Below are positions 31,440-42,200 of a stretch of 64,000 nt of DNA, piece after piece. The notes beneath the pieces are model-generated. The model did no database searches and had not been told where the DNA came from. It worked only from the letters and a program-made list of their open reading frames with translations. Both the position numbers and the translations under genes were made by a program. The stretch covers positions 251 through 64,250 of the forward strand of contig JBBSAA010000001.1 in NCBI GenBank assembly GCA_038252715.1, in the 5' to 3' direction. Positions within the stretch are counted from its first letter, which is position 1. Each line of letters begins with the position of its first letter. This DNA is from Lysobacterales bacterium. GTDB lineage: Bacteria; Pseudomonadota; Gammaproteobacteria; Xanthomonadales; Xanthomonadaceae.

Positions 31440-33623
31440 TTAGAGCGATTTGAACTTGATGACGAAATCGCCGCCGGCGACGCCATTTCCGGACGGGAAG
31501 CCGAGCGGCTCACCGTCAAGCCGACCACCGTCCGCGGCCATGACTTGCGGCCTTCTGCCCGATGGATCGGGATCGGCAAACAGGGTTAGCGAATAGTCGC
31601 CGCGTTGGAACAACCTTGGGTCGGGCGTGATCGTGTACAGCACTGTTTCGGGCGACAGCATCGTTGCTGTGCCGGCAGTGGCCTGCAGCGCTTGTCCGCT
31701 GCGATTGCTGGTGACGAGCAACGAGTACGAATTGGGATCATCTGCGAAGCCGCCGGTAACGATACTCTTGGGCTCCACCGGGCGGTTGAAGGCGATACGC
31801 ACGGCGTTGACGTTGTTGGCCTCCTTGAAGCCACCGGCCTTGGCCGGCGTGGACATCTCGACGACGTCTCGCCCCTGGATGTCAACGAAGGTCACGCTGA
31901 CCACTTTCAGCACATCGGCATGGGTGGGCGGGTCCTCGGGTTTGGGCTGCTCAGGTTTCGATGGCGAGCTACCATCGCAGCAGGCATCCATCTTGTCGGC
32001 GAGGCACAGGATCAGATCTAGCAAGGTCTCGTTGCTGAGCAAGCGGGTGCGATGCGAGCACGTATCGACGGCGCCGATCGTGCCGTCGGCCAGCAGTTCA
32101 ATGGTCGCCAGTGGAATGCATTCGCCTGCAGGTGTCGGACACGGACCCGCCAAGGCATGGCAGAGACGGTCGCGAAGGCTCATCAGGTCGACGACGGTGA
32201 CGCTGCCATCCGCCGCTGTAACCAGGGCACGCTTGCGTTTTGGCACCACCGCGACGCCGTTCGCGCCGCTGCCGACCGGCAGGCGTGCGAGCAGGGCGAG
32301 GCCGTCGCTGGCGTAAATCACGATTTCATCGGCGTCCTTGCCGTCGACGCTGTGCACCAAGTGATAACGCCCGCCGTCATCGGTGAAGGCGCTGTCGCGC
32401 GGATTGGCGTCAACCGGCGCATCGTCCTTCGCACCGATGTCGTCGAAGCGACGGCGAGTGCCAGTGCCGGCTGACCAGGCCTGGCGCGCACTGCCGGCGC
32501 CGGTGCCAGCCAACGTCTGACAGTCGCCGTCAAGCGACTCGCGCCAAAGCACCTTGAGCGTGGTCGTATCAACGGCTGTCACCGTCTTTTCGCTGTTGTC
32601 GGCCACGAACAACAGGCGTCCGTCCTGCGACACCGCGACATCGAACGGCGATTTGCCCAACTTGAGCGGCTTAGCCTTGCCGCTGTCGACATCGATGACT
32701 TCGACGACATCGGCCTTGGTGTTAATTGCGTACACGCGCTTGCCGGCGTGACTGGCGGCGCAGCGGCCGTAGGACCGATCGGTCAGCACCACTTTCGGTT
32801 GCGGCGATTCAGCGTCCAAATCCACCAGTACGATGCCACCACCGTGGGTGACGAAGGCGGGTCCGCCGTCTGGCGCGATGCAGATGCCGGCCGGGCGCTC
32901 AAGCAAGGCCGCAGGCAGTGGCGCGGCAAGCGCCAGCGATCCCATTTCGATCATCTGCAGCGGCGCCTTACCGGCGGCGTTGATCACCAGCGCACGCCGG
33001 CCAGTGCCCGACACCACGACACTGATCGGTCGGCCACCGAGTTCGAGCCGCGCAATGACTTGATAGCCGCTGCCGGCGCCCTTCAGCGGTTCTTCAAGCG
33101 CTTCGCACAGGCCGGGCGACTGTTCGGGCCAGCCTTCCCTGATCCACAGGTCGAACGACTCCACTACGCTGCCGGCTTCGCAATTGCTTGTTCCTCGACA
33201 ATCGGTGATCAGCACCGGCGTCATGTCGGCCAGACATTCGCGGTATGACAGGCACAGGGTGACGCGCTGGGCCTTGTCGCGCGGCAGTTCGAGCAAGGGC
33301 TTGCCGCATTCGTCGCGCAGGCGCCACGGGTCGATGCAGTAACGCGATGGCACTATTACTTCGCGACCCAAGGCATCGAGTGCAACGCCCGGATCAACGC
33401 AGAGCGTGCCGTCCTTGACCTGCACTTGTAAGCCACACAACACGCCAGTGCCGATGGACAGACGGTTGAGCAGATGGCGCTTGTCGTTGTGGTACGACTG
33501 CTCGGTCTCGAACTGCAGAACGTCCATCATCTTGCTGAAATAATAATTGTTGCGCTTGGGCGCATCGAGTTTCCCGATGGCCGGCGCCACGCCGTGCGAA
33601 GAATGCGACTGACAGCAACTCAT
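31440..33623 (-). CDS. CIS fibre/adaptor-like protein with YVTN/YncE-type beta-propeller and C-terminal Ig-like domain
   Basis: Same N-terminal domain (RNNYY...EQSYH...GVLCGL); repeats like PFDVAVSQDGRLLFVAD..TVTAVD; C-terminal IAFNRPV...GDYSLTL. Confidence 0.7.
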   Translation of the reverse strand: MSCCQSHSSHGVAPAIGKLDAPKRNNYYFSKMMDVLQFETEQSYHNDKRHLLNRLSIGTGVLCGLQVQVKDGTLCVDPGVALDALGREVIVPSRYCIDPWRLRDECGKPLLELPRDKAQRVTLCLSYRECLADMTPVLITDCRGTSNCEAGSVVESFDLWIREGWPEQSPGLCEALEEPLKGAGSGYQVIARLELGGRPISVVVSGTGRRALVINAAGKAPLQMIEMGSLALAAPLPAALLERPAGICIAPDGGPAFVTHGGGIVLVDLDAESPQPKVVLTDRSYGRCAASHAGKRVYAINTKADVVEVIDVDSGKAKPLKLGKSPFDVAVSQDGRLLFVADNSEKTVTAVDTTTLKVLWRESLDGDCQTLAGTGAGSARQAWSAGTGTRRRFDDIGAKDDAPVDANPRDSAFTDDGGRYHLVHSVDGKDADEIVIYASDGLALLARLPVGSGANGVAVVPKRKRALVTAADGSVTVVDLMSLRDRLCHALAGPCPTPAGECIPLATIELLADGTIGAVDTCSHRTRLLSNETLLDLILCLADKMDACCDGSSPSKPEQPKPEDPPTHADVLKVVSVTFVDIQGRDVVEMSTPAKAGGFKEANNVNAVRIAFNRPVEPKSIVTGGFADDPNSYSLLVTSNRSGQALQATAGTATMLSPETVLYTITPDPRLFQRGDYSLTLFADPDPSGRRPQVMAADGGRLDGEPLGFPSGNGVAGGDFVIKFKSL

Positions 33624-33632
33624 GATGCTCTC

Positions 33633-35711
33633 CTAGCCAAGTACCAACGATGATCCGATTCGGGCGGGCTGCCCGCTGCCGACGCCGCGAACGGCGCCTC
33701 CCAACTGTGCGTCCTGGTTCCAGTGCGATTGCGCCAAACGTAAAGGCGCACCGTCACCGGCGACGATCGTGTCGATGCCGATCGAGGCGGTCATGCCCAG
33801 ACGCAGCGGCGGCTCGATGAAACACACCTCGCACACGACGTGTGCCGGTGCCTCGGCGTCGATCACCGCGCGGATGCGCCGGCGTGTTTCGGCGTCGGGC
33901 GCCTGGCCGGCGGGAATTAGCACGGTGATGCGATGTGCCTGGTCGTCGAACAGCACCGAGCCGAGGTCGCCGCGTTCCACCGGCCGGTCGACGCCGACCA
34001 CCGCGTGCCCCACCACCACGCGCTCGGGCGCGCAGCCCCAGGTTGGGTCGGTGTCGCGCAACAGGTTGCTGTCTGCAACCAGCATGCCGTCAGCCGCGGC
34101 CGGCGGCAGACCGGTGTCGAAACCGAGCGCGGCGGAGTCGAGTTGCCAAAGGTGCCGATGGCGGAACGGCTCGATGAGCCGTGCGCGAACGCCGGTATAC
34201 AAGTGGAGGAATTCCAGCATCCCTGCAAGCGTCCCACGACGCAGGTAGAGGTCCTGCACGCGTGCCAGCACCGCGCGCCGCGCGTCGACCTCCAGTCCGT
34301 CCGGCAACCCGAATGCCAACCAGCCGGCGAGCCATGCCAAATCGCCCGAGGGCAAGAACTGCGCGGAAAAAGTGCGCGGCAAATCAGCCAGCGCGCGCTC
34401 GCCGTCGCCGATTTCGCCGCGCGCCAACGCCAGCATCCGCTGCAACACCGCGTCTGCGTCCTGCTCGGCGTACACCGACGGCAGGTGCCGGCGGTAATCT
34501 TCATCGGCGGTTGCCGCACGCAGTTGCGCCAGTACCGGGCTGTCGCCCTGCGCCGATGCCGACAGGCGTACGCGCAGCCAAAGGAAGCGCCGCGCCGGCG
34601 CAGCTTGCGAAAGCGGCGAGAGGCTGTCGAGCCAGACATCGCCACTCGGCGACGGCAACCAGGCCGAGGCAGTAGGTGGTGACTCGTTATCGGCAAAGTA
34701 CACATCCAGCTGCACTGAAGCCCACTGCGGAACCACCGCGTCAACCACGGCGCGCTCCCAACCATCGCGTTCACCGGCATCCCAGGGTCCGCACAGCACT
34801 TCGCCGCGATCGACCACGGCGGTGTCGGCACAGGCGATCAGTACGACCTCGTCCTGCCCGCATTTGATGAAAAGTTGTCCGTCCTCGCCCACCGCGAGTG
34901 CGCTGACCGGTCCGCGGAAGCCAGGTACGTCGCCAAGGAAACGCCCTGCTTCAAAAATACCGATGCGCCCGGTGGCGACGTCAGCGACGAACAGCCGCAA
35001 GCCCCGTGCTGCGATGGCTCCCGGCTGCCAGCCGGGCGGCCCGGTCAGCGGTGCGTCCACTGGTGCGCCTTGCGCCGTGAACCGACAGACCTGCCGTGTT
35101 CCGGCGTCGACGACAAACATAGTGTTGTTGTCGCCGGCCGCCAAAGCAGAGGGATCGGTGATCCGCGAGGCCACGGCACGGGCAAACGCGGCATCGGGCT
35201 GTCCGTTCGCCTCCAGGCGCAGCAGTCGCGACGGCGTGCCGTCGAGCACGAACAACGCCCCGTCGTCGGAAAACGCCACCGCCCAAGGTGCGACTAGGCC
35301 CTGCCGCAGCCGCCCCAACTGCCGAAGTTCATCGATCGTGAATAGCAGCACCGCGCCCTGCCCCGGATCGGCGACCGCCAGACGGAAACGATTGATCGCG
35401 ATGCCGCGCGGCGTCACGAACATCGGCGCTGCCGCGTCTCCGCCCGGTCCGGGCAGCACTACGGAGTCGTGGCACAGGCCGTCGCGATAGACGATGCGCG
35501 CACCTGCGGTATCGGCGACAAAGACGCTGCAGCACGCCGCCGCTGCCAGCCCGGAGCTCGAGCAGTCCCAAGGGCCCACCGCGTCTTCGGGAGGCGCCAA
35601 CGCGGGAATCTTCGCGAGCGAGAGGCGGCCGTCGTCATCGGCGATCAGCCCCGAAACGGTCGCCTGCCAGCTCCGTCGATCGCGCACTTGGGCGTATCGG
35701 GTCGGGTACAT
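33633..35711 (-). CDS. NHL beta-propeller fused to a P2 gpI-like baseplate wedge domain
   Basis: PRGIAI..AVAD repeats; HLPSVY, LAWLAGWLA, LYLRRGT..G, EAPAH. Confidence 0.75.
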   Translation of the reverse strand: MYPTRYAQVRDRRSWQATVSGLIADDDGRLSLAKIPALAPPEDAVGPWDCSSSGLAAAACCSVFVADTAGARIVYRDGLCHDSVVLPGPGGDAAAPMFVTPRGIAINRFRLAVADPGQGAVLLFTIDELRQLGRLRQGLVAPWAVAFSDDGALFVLDGTPSRLLRLEANGQPDAAFARAVASRITDPSALAAGDNNTMFVVDAGTRQVCRFTAQGAPVDAPLTGPPGWQPGAIAARGLRLFVADVATGRIGIFEAGRFLGDVPGFRGPVSALAVGEDGQLFIKCGQDEVVLIACADTAVVDRGEVLCGPWDAGERDGWERAVVDAVVPQWASVQLDVYFADNESPPTASAWLPSPSGDVWLDSLSPLSQAAPARRFLWLRVRLSASAQGDSPVLAQLRAATADEDYRRHLPSVYAEQDADAVLQRMLALARGEIGDGERALADLPRTFSAQFLPSGDLAWLAGWLAFGLPDGLEVDARRAVLARVQDLYLRRGTLAGMLEFLHLYTGVRARLIEPFRHRHLWQLDSAALGFDTGLPPAAADGMLVADSNLLRDTDPTWGCAPERVVVGHAVVGVDRPVERGDLGSVLFDDQAHRITVLIPAGQAPDAETRRRIRAVIDAEAPAHVVCEVCFIEPPLRLGMTASIGIDTIVAGDGAPLRLAQSHWNQDAQLGGAVRGVGSGQPARIGSSLVLG

Positions 35712-35713
35712 GG

Positions 35714-37192
35714 TCAGCTCACGTAGAGGTTGTAATGGACCTGCCCACCACCGGCGTCCACCGCGAAGGTAAACCAGTGAGTGCCGGGACTGAGGTCGAG
35801 CCCCAGTTGACGCAGGTCGATGCGACCGGTGCCGGCCTGCACGAGTTCATGCGTTTCTTGGCCATCGCCGAGACTGGCCCACGCCGCGGGCTTGATCGCT
35901 TTGAGTTGCGCGATGATCACATCGGTTATTTCGAGGGCCCCGTCGAAGAAAACCCGCAGGTTGCTGAGCTGCCGCAGGGAATTTTTGCCGGTGCCGGTGC
36001 GCGCGGCGACGTCGGTGACGCCGCCGTCAGAAATGGACGCGCCGCTGATCGTATGTGAATGCGACCACACCCCCAGCGCGTCGCCCAGGGAAATATTTTT
36101 TATTTCGTGGGCGTGGCCGCCGACGCCTTCGATCACGTTGGGGTTCCAAGCACAATCGTCGTAGTGCTGAACATCAACGCCGTTGACGTCGCCCTCGGTG
36201 GTGTCGAGCCACAGCTGGTGGCTGTGGGCGCCGCCGCTTTCGGTCGCCGACGCGGTTGCGGTGTGCTTGTGCACAAAATCATTCGAGGTCGGTGTAATCG
36301 CGCCAGAGAACCCGTGGCTGTGTTTGCCCAGTTCGGTGTAGTACAGCGACGAGAACTTGAACCCCTGCAGATAAAGCACCGCGCTGTCCGGGAATCCGCC
36401 CTCGATGTGAAAGCGCAGGATCTTCGGATTGTCCTTGTCGATGTCCTTTTCGCCCTCAATGCTGATCGGCGCGGTGTTCGGCGGCTTCGTCGCCGTTACG
36501 TAGCGACGCATTCCCGACTTGATGTCCTCGACCTGGCACATGTCGTTGAGCACGATTTGTGCGAGCAAGATCTTGCCCTGCGTCTCGGATGGCCAACTGT
36601 CCTGAATCAGCAGACGCGGCACGCTGCGGATTCGCGATGGGGCGCCCCAGCCCAGATCCGCTGACACCGTACCGGCGCCGCCGCGACCGCCGCCGCAGCC
36701 GCAGCCACAGCCCCCAGTGCTGGTGCTGCCACCGCAGCCGCAGTCGCCCAAACTCGACTTGCCGCCGCCGCAGCCGCAGCCAGTGCCGGCCATCGACGTC
36801 GTTCCGACCCCGACTTGGCAGCCATCGCTCTGCGGAGCAACTTTTTCCTCGTCGTAGGAAATCACCAGATAGTTGCCGAATTGCACACCGTCGGGTCGTC
36901 GTGGCTGGCCGCGCACGCGCAAGGTCATGGGCTCGATCACGATGACCTCGCGGCCTATCGCATCCAGCGCCAGTCCGGGCGACACCAGCACGTTGTGTAG
37001 GTCGTTCGGGTCACGCCGAACTTCCAGTCCCTCGGCGATCCCGGGTGAATACAGCGCGCGATTAAGCGAACGCCGCACGCGCATGTGGTACTGCTGTTCG
37101 AGACGGAAGTCGACCGCCTCCAAGCGCTGGCTGTTGTAGTAGTTCAGTCGGTCCAGCGGTGTTTCGGGCAGGGCAATGCTAGGGACACTCAT
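35714..37192 (-). CDS. Tail fibre-like protein with Cys-Gly insert and HxH repeats
   Basis: Shared N-terminal domain (RLNYYNSQRL...EQQYH); HSH, HKH, HSH, HAH, HSH motifs; start reassigned to ATG 37192. Confidence 0.7.
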   Translation of the reverse strand: MSVPSIALPETPLDRLNYYNSQRLEAVDFRLEQQYHMRVRRSLNRALYSPGIAEGLEVRRDPNDLHNVLVSPGLALDAIGREVIVIEPMTLRVRGQPRRPDGVQFGNYLVISYDEEKVAPQSDGCQVGVGTTSMAGTGCGCGGGKSSLGDCGCGGSTSTGGCGCGCGGGRGGAGTVSADLGWGAPSRIRSVPRLLIQDSWPSETQGKILLAQIVLNDMCQVEDIKSGMRRYVTATKPPNTAPISIEGEKDIDKDNPKILRFHIEGGFPDSAVLYLQGFKFSSLYYTELGKHSHGFSGAITPTSNDFVHKHTATASATESGGAHSHQLWLDTTEGDVNGVDVQHYDDCAWNPNVIEGVGGHAHEIKNISLGDALGVWSHSHTISGASISDGGVTDVAARTGTGKNSLRQLSNLRVFFDGALEITDVIIAQLKAIKPAAWASLGDGQETHELVQAGTGRIDLRQLGLDLSPGTHWFTFAVDAGGGQVHYNLYVS

Positions 37193-39194
37193 TGGGGATG
37201 CTCCGGTCAACGAGTCGGATGGGCGTGGCGCCCAGGACGTGGATGGCGTGGGTGCCCGCGACGACGAGGCTGTCGTCGCACACGGGAAGATTGGCGCAGC
37301 GCGGCTCAGCGTCTTGCGGGCCCTGCAGGCCGAGCGACTGCACGCAGGCGATGCCGGGAATTCGCGCGAGCAAGGCAAGAATCTCGCTGCGATAAACATC
37401 GCGACCGACCGGCCAGCCGAGGCCGTCGTCGCCGCCGTGCAGCGGATGCAGGAAGCGGTCGAGCGCCGCGACGATGACGGCGCGCAGCCGGTGTGTCAAT
37501 TGCCCGTCCTCGGCGCTAACGGTGGCCACGACGCGCACCTCGGCGTAAGTCGGCGCGATGACGTGCACCTCGGTGGCAGGCGTGCGGCGCAGTTCGAGGT
37601 AGCGCAGCACCGCGCGGCACATTCCCGGGGTTGGCATGGGTCGCGGACCGGGGCAATCGGGGACGATTACCACGGTGATGTTGCCGGCGGCGCGATAGCA
37701 CGGGAAGCCTGGATGGTGATCGGCCAGTGCGCGCGCGCGCGCCACCGCCACCCCGGGCACTGAGCGTGCGAACGATTCGAAGTCGTCGAGCGTGGTAGCG
37801 CGCGACGGCAGGCGCAGCCCACCAACCACGCGCGCAATCGCTGCGCGCAGGGTTTCAGCCTCCGCGCCGAGGTCGGCGGCAAAGGGCTGCTCGATGGCAA
37901 GCAGTGGCGCCGTCGTGGTCCAGTTCGTGACCAGCGCACGGTTATGGGCGTCGTCGCACCATCGTTCCAGCAAATGGGCGGCGACATTGCCGGTCAGCCC
38001 GCCTCCCGAGCGACAAATAACCGACATCACCGCCCCGGCCGGTGGCACGCGGCCGCGGCGCCCATCGCCAAAATGTAGGCGGCCACGTTCGGCGTCCAGC
38101 AAGACGTGGTCGTCGTGCGCGCCGCTGACATCGAAGCCAACAACCTCTTGCCAGTCGCCCTCGGCAACGCCTCCGACTTCGCAAGACACATCGCAGCTGC
38201 CGGGCACGACAGGATGGAAGCCCAGGTCATGCAGCGCATTTGCGCGCCCCTGACTGCGTGGCAGCACCACGGCCGGGCGATCTATCGCATTAGCCGCCGT
38301 GACGGCATTGAATCCGATACGCAGCAAACGCGGGCGACAGTCGGGTTGCCCCGATATCCAGACCGCACGCAACCAAAACCGTGTGGCATCGACGCCGCCA
38401 AGCGCGTGGTCGGCCGGCATGTCGAAGTCGATAGGGCCAGTCAGCGTTAGCGCGCGAGTTTGGTCGGCCACGCCCGGCAGGGCTTTCCAAACGTCGCCGC
38501 CGGCATGATATTCCCAGCGCAGGGCACTTTCGTAGTGTTGCCAAGGCGCATCTTCGGCGGGTGCGCATCCGATGCCGACCGCACTAGCGGCGACGGCGCG
38601 CGCGTGCTCTTCGATCAGGCGCTGCCGAGTGTGGGCGTCGGCGCGGTGGTTTTCGGTCCACACCCAAAGACCCAGTCGTCGCCCGGCCGTTGCCAGAGCG
38701 CGATCAAAGCCCAGATGGAAGGCCGCGCCCGGCGCGACATCGCCCGCGAACGGTGCAAAGCCAGTTCCGAGCAGGTTGACGTGGCCGAAGGTATCGCCAT
38801 TGGCAGCTTGCAACTCGACCAACTGGGCGCTGGAAACCACCCGCGCCTGCGTGGTTTGAAACAGCGCGGTCAGCCCATCGCTGCCCAGCTGCAAACCGGC
38901 CGGCAGGTCCGTTTCGACCGGCGACGTCAGCAGCAGCGTCGTCATCGCCACCTGCGCAGGCAATGGGGCACTGCCGACCAGACGCAGGAAGCCGCGCAGT
39001 TGTTCATCGCTGATTCGATCGAGTCGGAACAAGTCCATCTCGGTCAACCAGGCAAACAGCTCGACGAGCGTGATGCCCGGGTCGGACGTGTTGTGGTCGG
39101 TCCACATCGGCGCCTGCCGCGGGATCAAAGCACGGCCTTCGGCGACCAACTGATCGAAGTTGCGGTTGTCGAGTACGGGTTTGGGCAGGGGCAT
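37179..39194 (-). CDS. Baseplate J-like wedge protein (Afp11-like)
   Basis: LDNRNFDQLV, WTDHNTSDPGITLVELFAW, FGDGRRGRVPP, RATTLDDFE, FLHPLHGG..GWPVGR. Confidence 0.9.
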   Translation of the reverse strand: MPLPKPVLDNRNFDQLVAEGRALIPRQAPMWTDHNTSDPGITLVELFAWLTEMDLFRLDRISDEQLRGFLRLVGSAPLPAQVAMTTLLLTSPVETDLPAGLQLGSDGLTALFQTTQARVVSSAQLVELQAANGDTFGHVNLLGTGFAPFAGDVAPGAAFHLGFDRALATAGRRLGLWVWTENHRADAHTRQRLIEEHARAVAASAVGIGCAPAEDAPWQHYESALRWEYHAGGDVWKALPGVADQTRALTLTGPIDFDMPADHALGGVDATRFWLRAVWISGQPDCRPRLLRIGFNAVTAANAIDRPAVVLPRSQGRANALHDLGFHPVVPGSCDVSCEVGGVAEGDWQEVVGFDVSGAHDDHVLLDAERGRLHFGDGRRGRVPPAGAVMSVICRSGGGLTGNVAAHLLERWCDDAHNRALVTNWTTTAPLLAIEQPFAADLGAEAETLRAAIARVVGGLRLPSRATTLDDFESFARSVPGVAVARARALADHHPGFPCYRAAGNITVVIVPDCPGPRPMPTPGMCRAVLRYLELRRTPATEVHVIAPTYAEVRVVATVSAEDGQLTHRLRAVIVAALDRFLHPLHGGDDGLGWPVGRDVYRSEILALLARIPGIACVQSLGLQGPQDAEPRCANLPVCDDSLVVAGTHAIHVLGATPIRLVDRSIPNECP

Positions 39195-39205
39195 GACAGA
39201 GGTCC

Positions 39206-42200
39206 TCAGCGCATCAGCAGAGAAATTTTTATTTCGTGGAATCCAGCCGCCGGCAGCGAATCACCCGGCAGCACGACTACGTCGCCGGTGTTGGCGCCAT
39301 CGGCGCGCAAGGCGATGCGTTCGGCGTGGTCGACACCGGCCGTGCGTTCGACCAAGGCAGCAATCGTCGACAGGCATACCGTGGCGCCGAAAGTCCAGCC
39401 GCGACCGTCCGGACCGCCCGTGGTCGGATGCAGCCAAGCGTCGAGCGTTCGACGCAGCGCCGCTTCCACCGTCGTTGCCGCTCCCGCCTCAGCCAGCACC
39501 AGATGCGCCACCACATCGAGCTGCACGTAACGCGGACCGATCACGTACAGGCCTCGCACGACCGTGGGCGGGCAGCGCTTGGCGATGAAGTCACGCACAA
39601 TGCGCCGCAGCTCGCTGCTGGGCTGCGGCATGCGCATGTGGCCGCGCGGCACGATGACCACGCTGACCGCACCGGGCGTGGTGCGCCCGTGCTCGCCATG
39701 GCGCTGCAGGCAACGCGCCTGTGCGACCGCCGGCGACGCTTCGTGCGCCATCCACGCGTAGTCGTCGGCCGCCACGGCGCGCCCGCGATGGCGCAGCCGA
39801 AACGTCGCGCGGCCCACCACATCTTCAATTGCTTCGGGCGCCGCGCCGCCATCGGCCGCAACCGGATTGCTGACGCCCTGCAGGTAGGCGACGCCGGTGC
39901 GCAATTCCGTAATGGTGCCGGCCGGCACGTTGCCGGCCTCACCAATGCCGGTGGTGAACGACAGCGCGACGGTCGCAGAAGCAGGCGGAATCCGACCGAA
40001 GCGGTCGTCGCCGAACTGCAGCCGGCCGCGCGTGCGCTCAAGCGCGTAGTGGCGGTCGTCGGGGCCCGACTCCAGCAGGTGCTCGCGACCTTCCCAACGC
40101 ACCCAGGCTGCTCGCGGTTCGCCCGTGACCGGATCACGCTCGAGTCGCAGCGCGGCCTCGGGTACGCCATCGACGGCCGTGCGCCAGTCTTCACCGCGTC
40201 CTACCCACTCGCGCACCTCAACTACTTCACCGGCCAGCACCGGCACGCGCTGTGCCGGCACGCTCAGCACCTGATCGGGGTTGCCGTCGGACCGTCCAAT
40301 CGTTTCGCGAACTACCGATTCGCCCTGCATCCCCCAGACGGCATTGGCCCACAGCCCCGATACCGGATGTGTTGTTAGCAACTCGCCAGGCTTTAGCCGA
40401 GCGCGAATGCGATACAGCAAGCCGCCCAGACCGACGCTTGGTTCGGCATCGGACGCGCCGATGAACTGGATCATGCCCGGACGGCGCAAGCCAGCGGTTT
40501 CGTCAAGCACCGTCAGCTCATTCCAGCCGTCTGCACTTTGGTATTCCCAGACAAAGGGCGATGACACGGCCGTGCCGGTATCGCCCGGCGCGTCCAAGAA
40601 CAGGCTAACCAGGCCGGCCGGCAGCTTTTGGTCGAAACCGAAATTGATCGACGGATCGCGGTCGGCGTTGTGTTGGAGCGGTTCGAAAAGCCGCCGCGTC
40701 CAGCGCACATCCTCGCTGTGGTCGTGGAAGACAAAGTTGTTGTAGGCCAGGCAATGATCGAGCAATTGCGAGTTGGTGAAATACGTGTAGCTGATCCGGA
40801 GGCCGGAAATCGCTGGTGGCGCCAAGGTGGGTGCCAGCGCCGAAACAACTGAGGTTCCGCCGGCACCAGAAACGATGTCCAACTTGATTGGCGACCCATA
40901 GTCGCCTTTGTCGATGCGTATCCGCAGCCAGTGCTGCTTCTTGCCATTGACTTGCGTCGGGGCCCAGTCGCTGGGGTTTCGGAAGGCGACCGCGCCATTG
41001 CGCGTGAACCGCTCGGTGCCGTCAAACAGCTGCACCGGCAGCGAGGTTGGTAACGCGCGCCACTGTTCGCCGTCGAAATATTCGAACGCCAGAGACAGCG
41101 TGCTGCTGCCTGTGCCGAACTGGGAGAATTCCAGCGCAATCTCGGTAGCGGCGCCACGGCGCGAGAACGCATCGTCGCAGGCGAGGTAAAAGGTGGCGTA
41201 CCGCGCCGGCTGCAGGCCGAACGGGAAAAACACATTGCCCAAGTCCAGCGGCGCGCGGTCGGCGCAAGCCGCATCGGGCTTGAGTCCGGACTTGCTGAAT
41301 CCCACGCGCGCCATCACCAGGTCAACCGCCGTCGGTGGGCCAAGCAAGGCCTCGGTTTCGGCGCCCAAGGCAGGCGTCGTGTCGAGTACGCGCAGGATGG
41401 TGTCCGGGCGCAGCCCGGGCAGTCGGCGATCGAGCCGCACGACGCGATTTTCAGACGAGATGATTCGCGCCGTGCGCTCACCGTCCACGGTAACCACGTC
41501 GCCGTCCATTAGGGCGCCTGCTCGGTCCAGCGTGACCGATAGCGACGAGTCCAGCACCGCGCGCGCGCGCGGCGACTGCCCGGCCGCACGCGCGCGCAGC
41601 CAGAAACTCTCGCGTCCCATCACCTTGTCTTTCTTGGCATCGGGACCGCCGTTCTTGCGCAGGCGTACCCGGCCATCGCGGGTGAAGCGCAGGGTCGTGT
41701 CTTCCTCGGCGTCCAGCGGCAGCCAGCCGTCGGTGCTCAGGTATTCCCAGTCCAGCATTAGCCGGCGGTCGGCGTTCTGGCCACCGCCCATATCGAAGCT
41801 CAGGGTGATCTCGGCATTGCCAGCCAGCGCGAACAGCGCGTCGTGGCCGAAATAGAGTTCATGGCGCATCGGTTCGAAACGATCGAACGCGACAAACCCC
41901 TGACGTGCAAGCGCGAGATGGTCGGCGAACGCGTCGATGCGCGGGTCCGTGCTGTACAGCGCTGCCAGTCGGGCGCGGCTCAAAGCGACGGTGCGCGTGG
42001 TGAAAAAACGCGGCGCAGTGCGGGCGGCGTTGTCGGCCTCGACCTCCACGTCGACCGAGCTCGGCGGCGGCGGCAGTTTCGCGGCAACTTGGCTGCGCGC
42101 AGGCAGGAAAACATCCTGCGGGCTGTTGTCGAGCAGTTCAAACACCAGCGGCACGCGCGCGGGCTGTCCTGGCAGCAGGGCATTGCCTAGCGTTTCAAGG

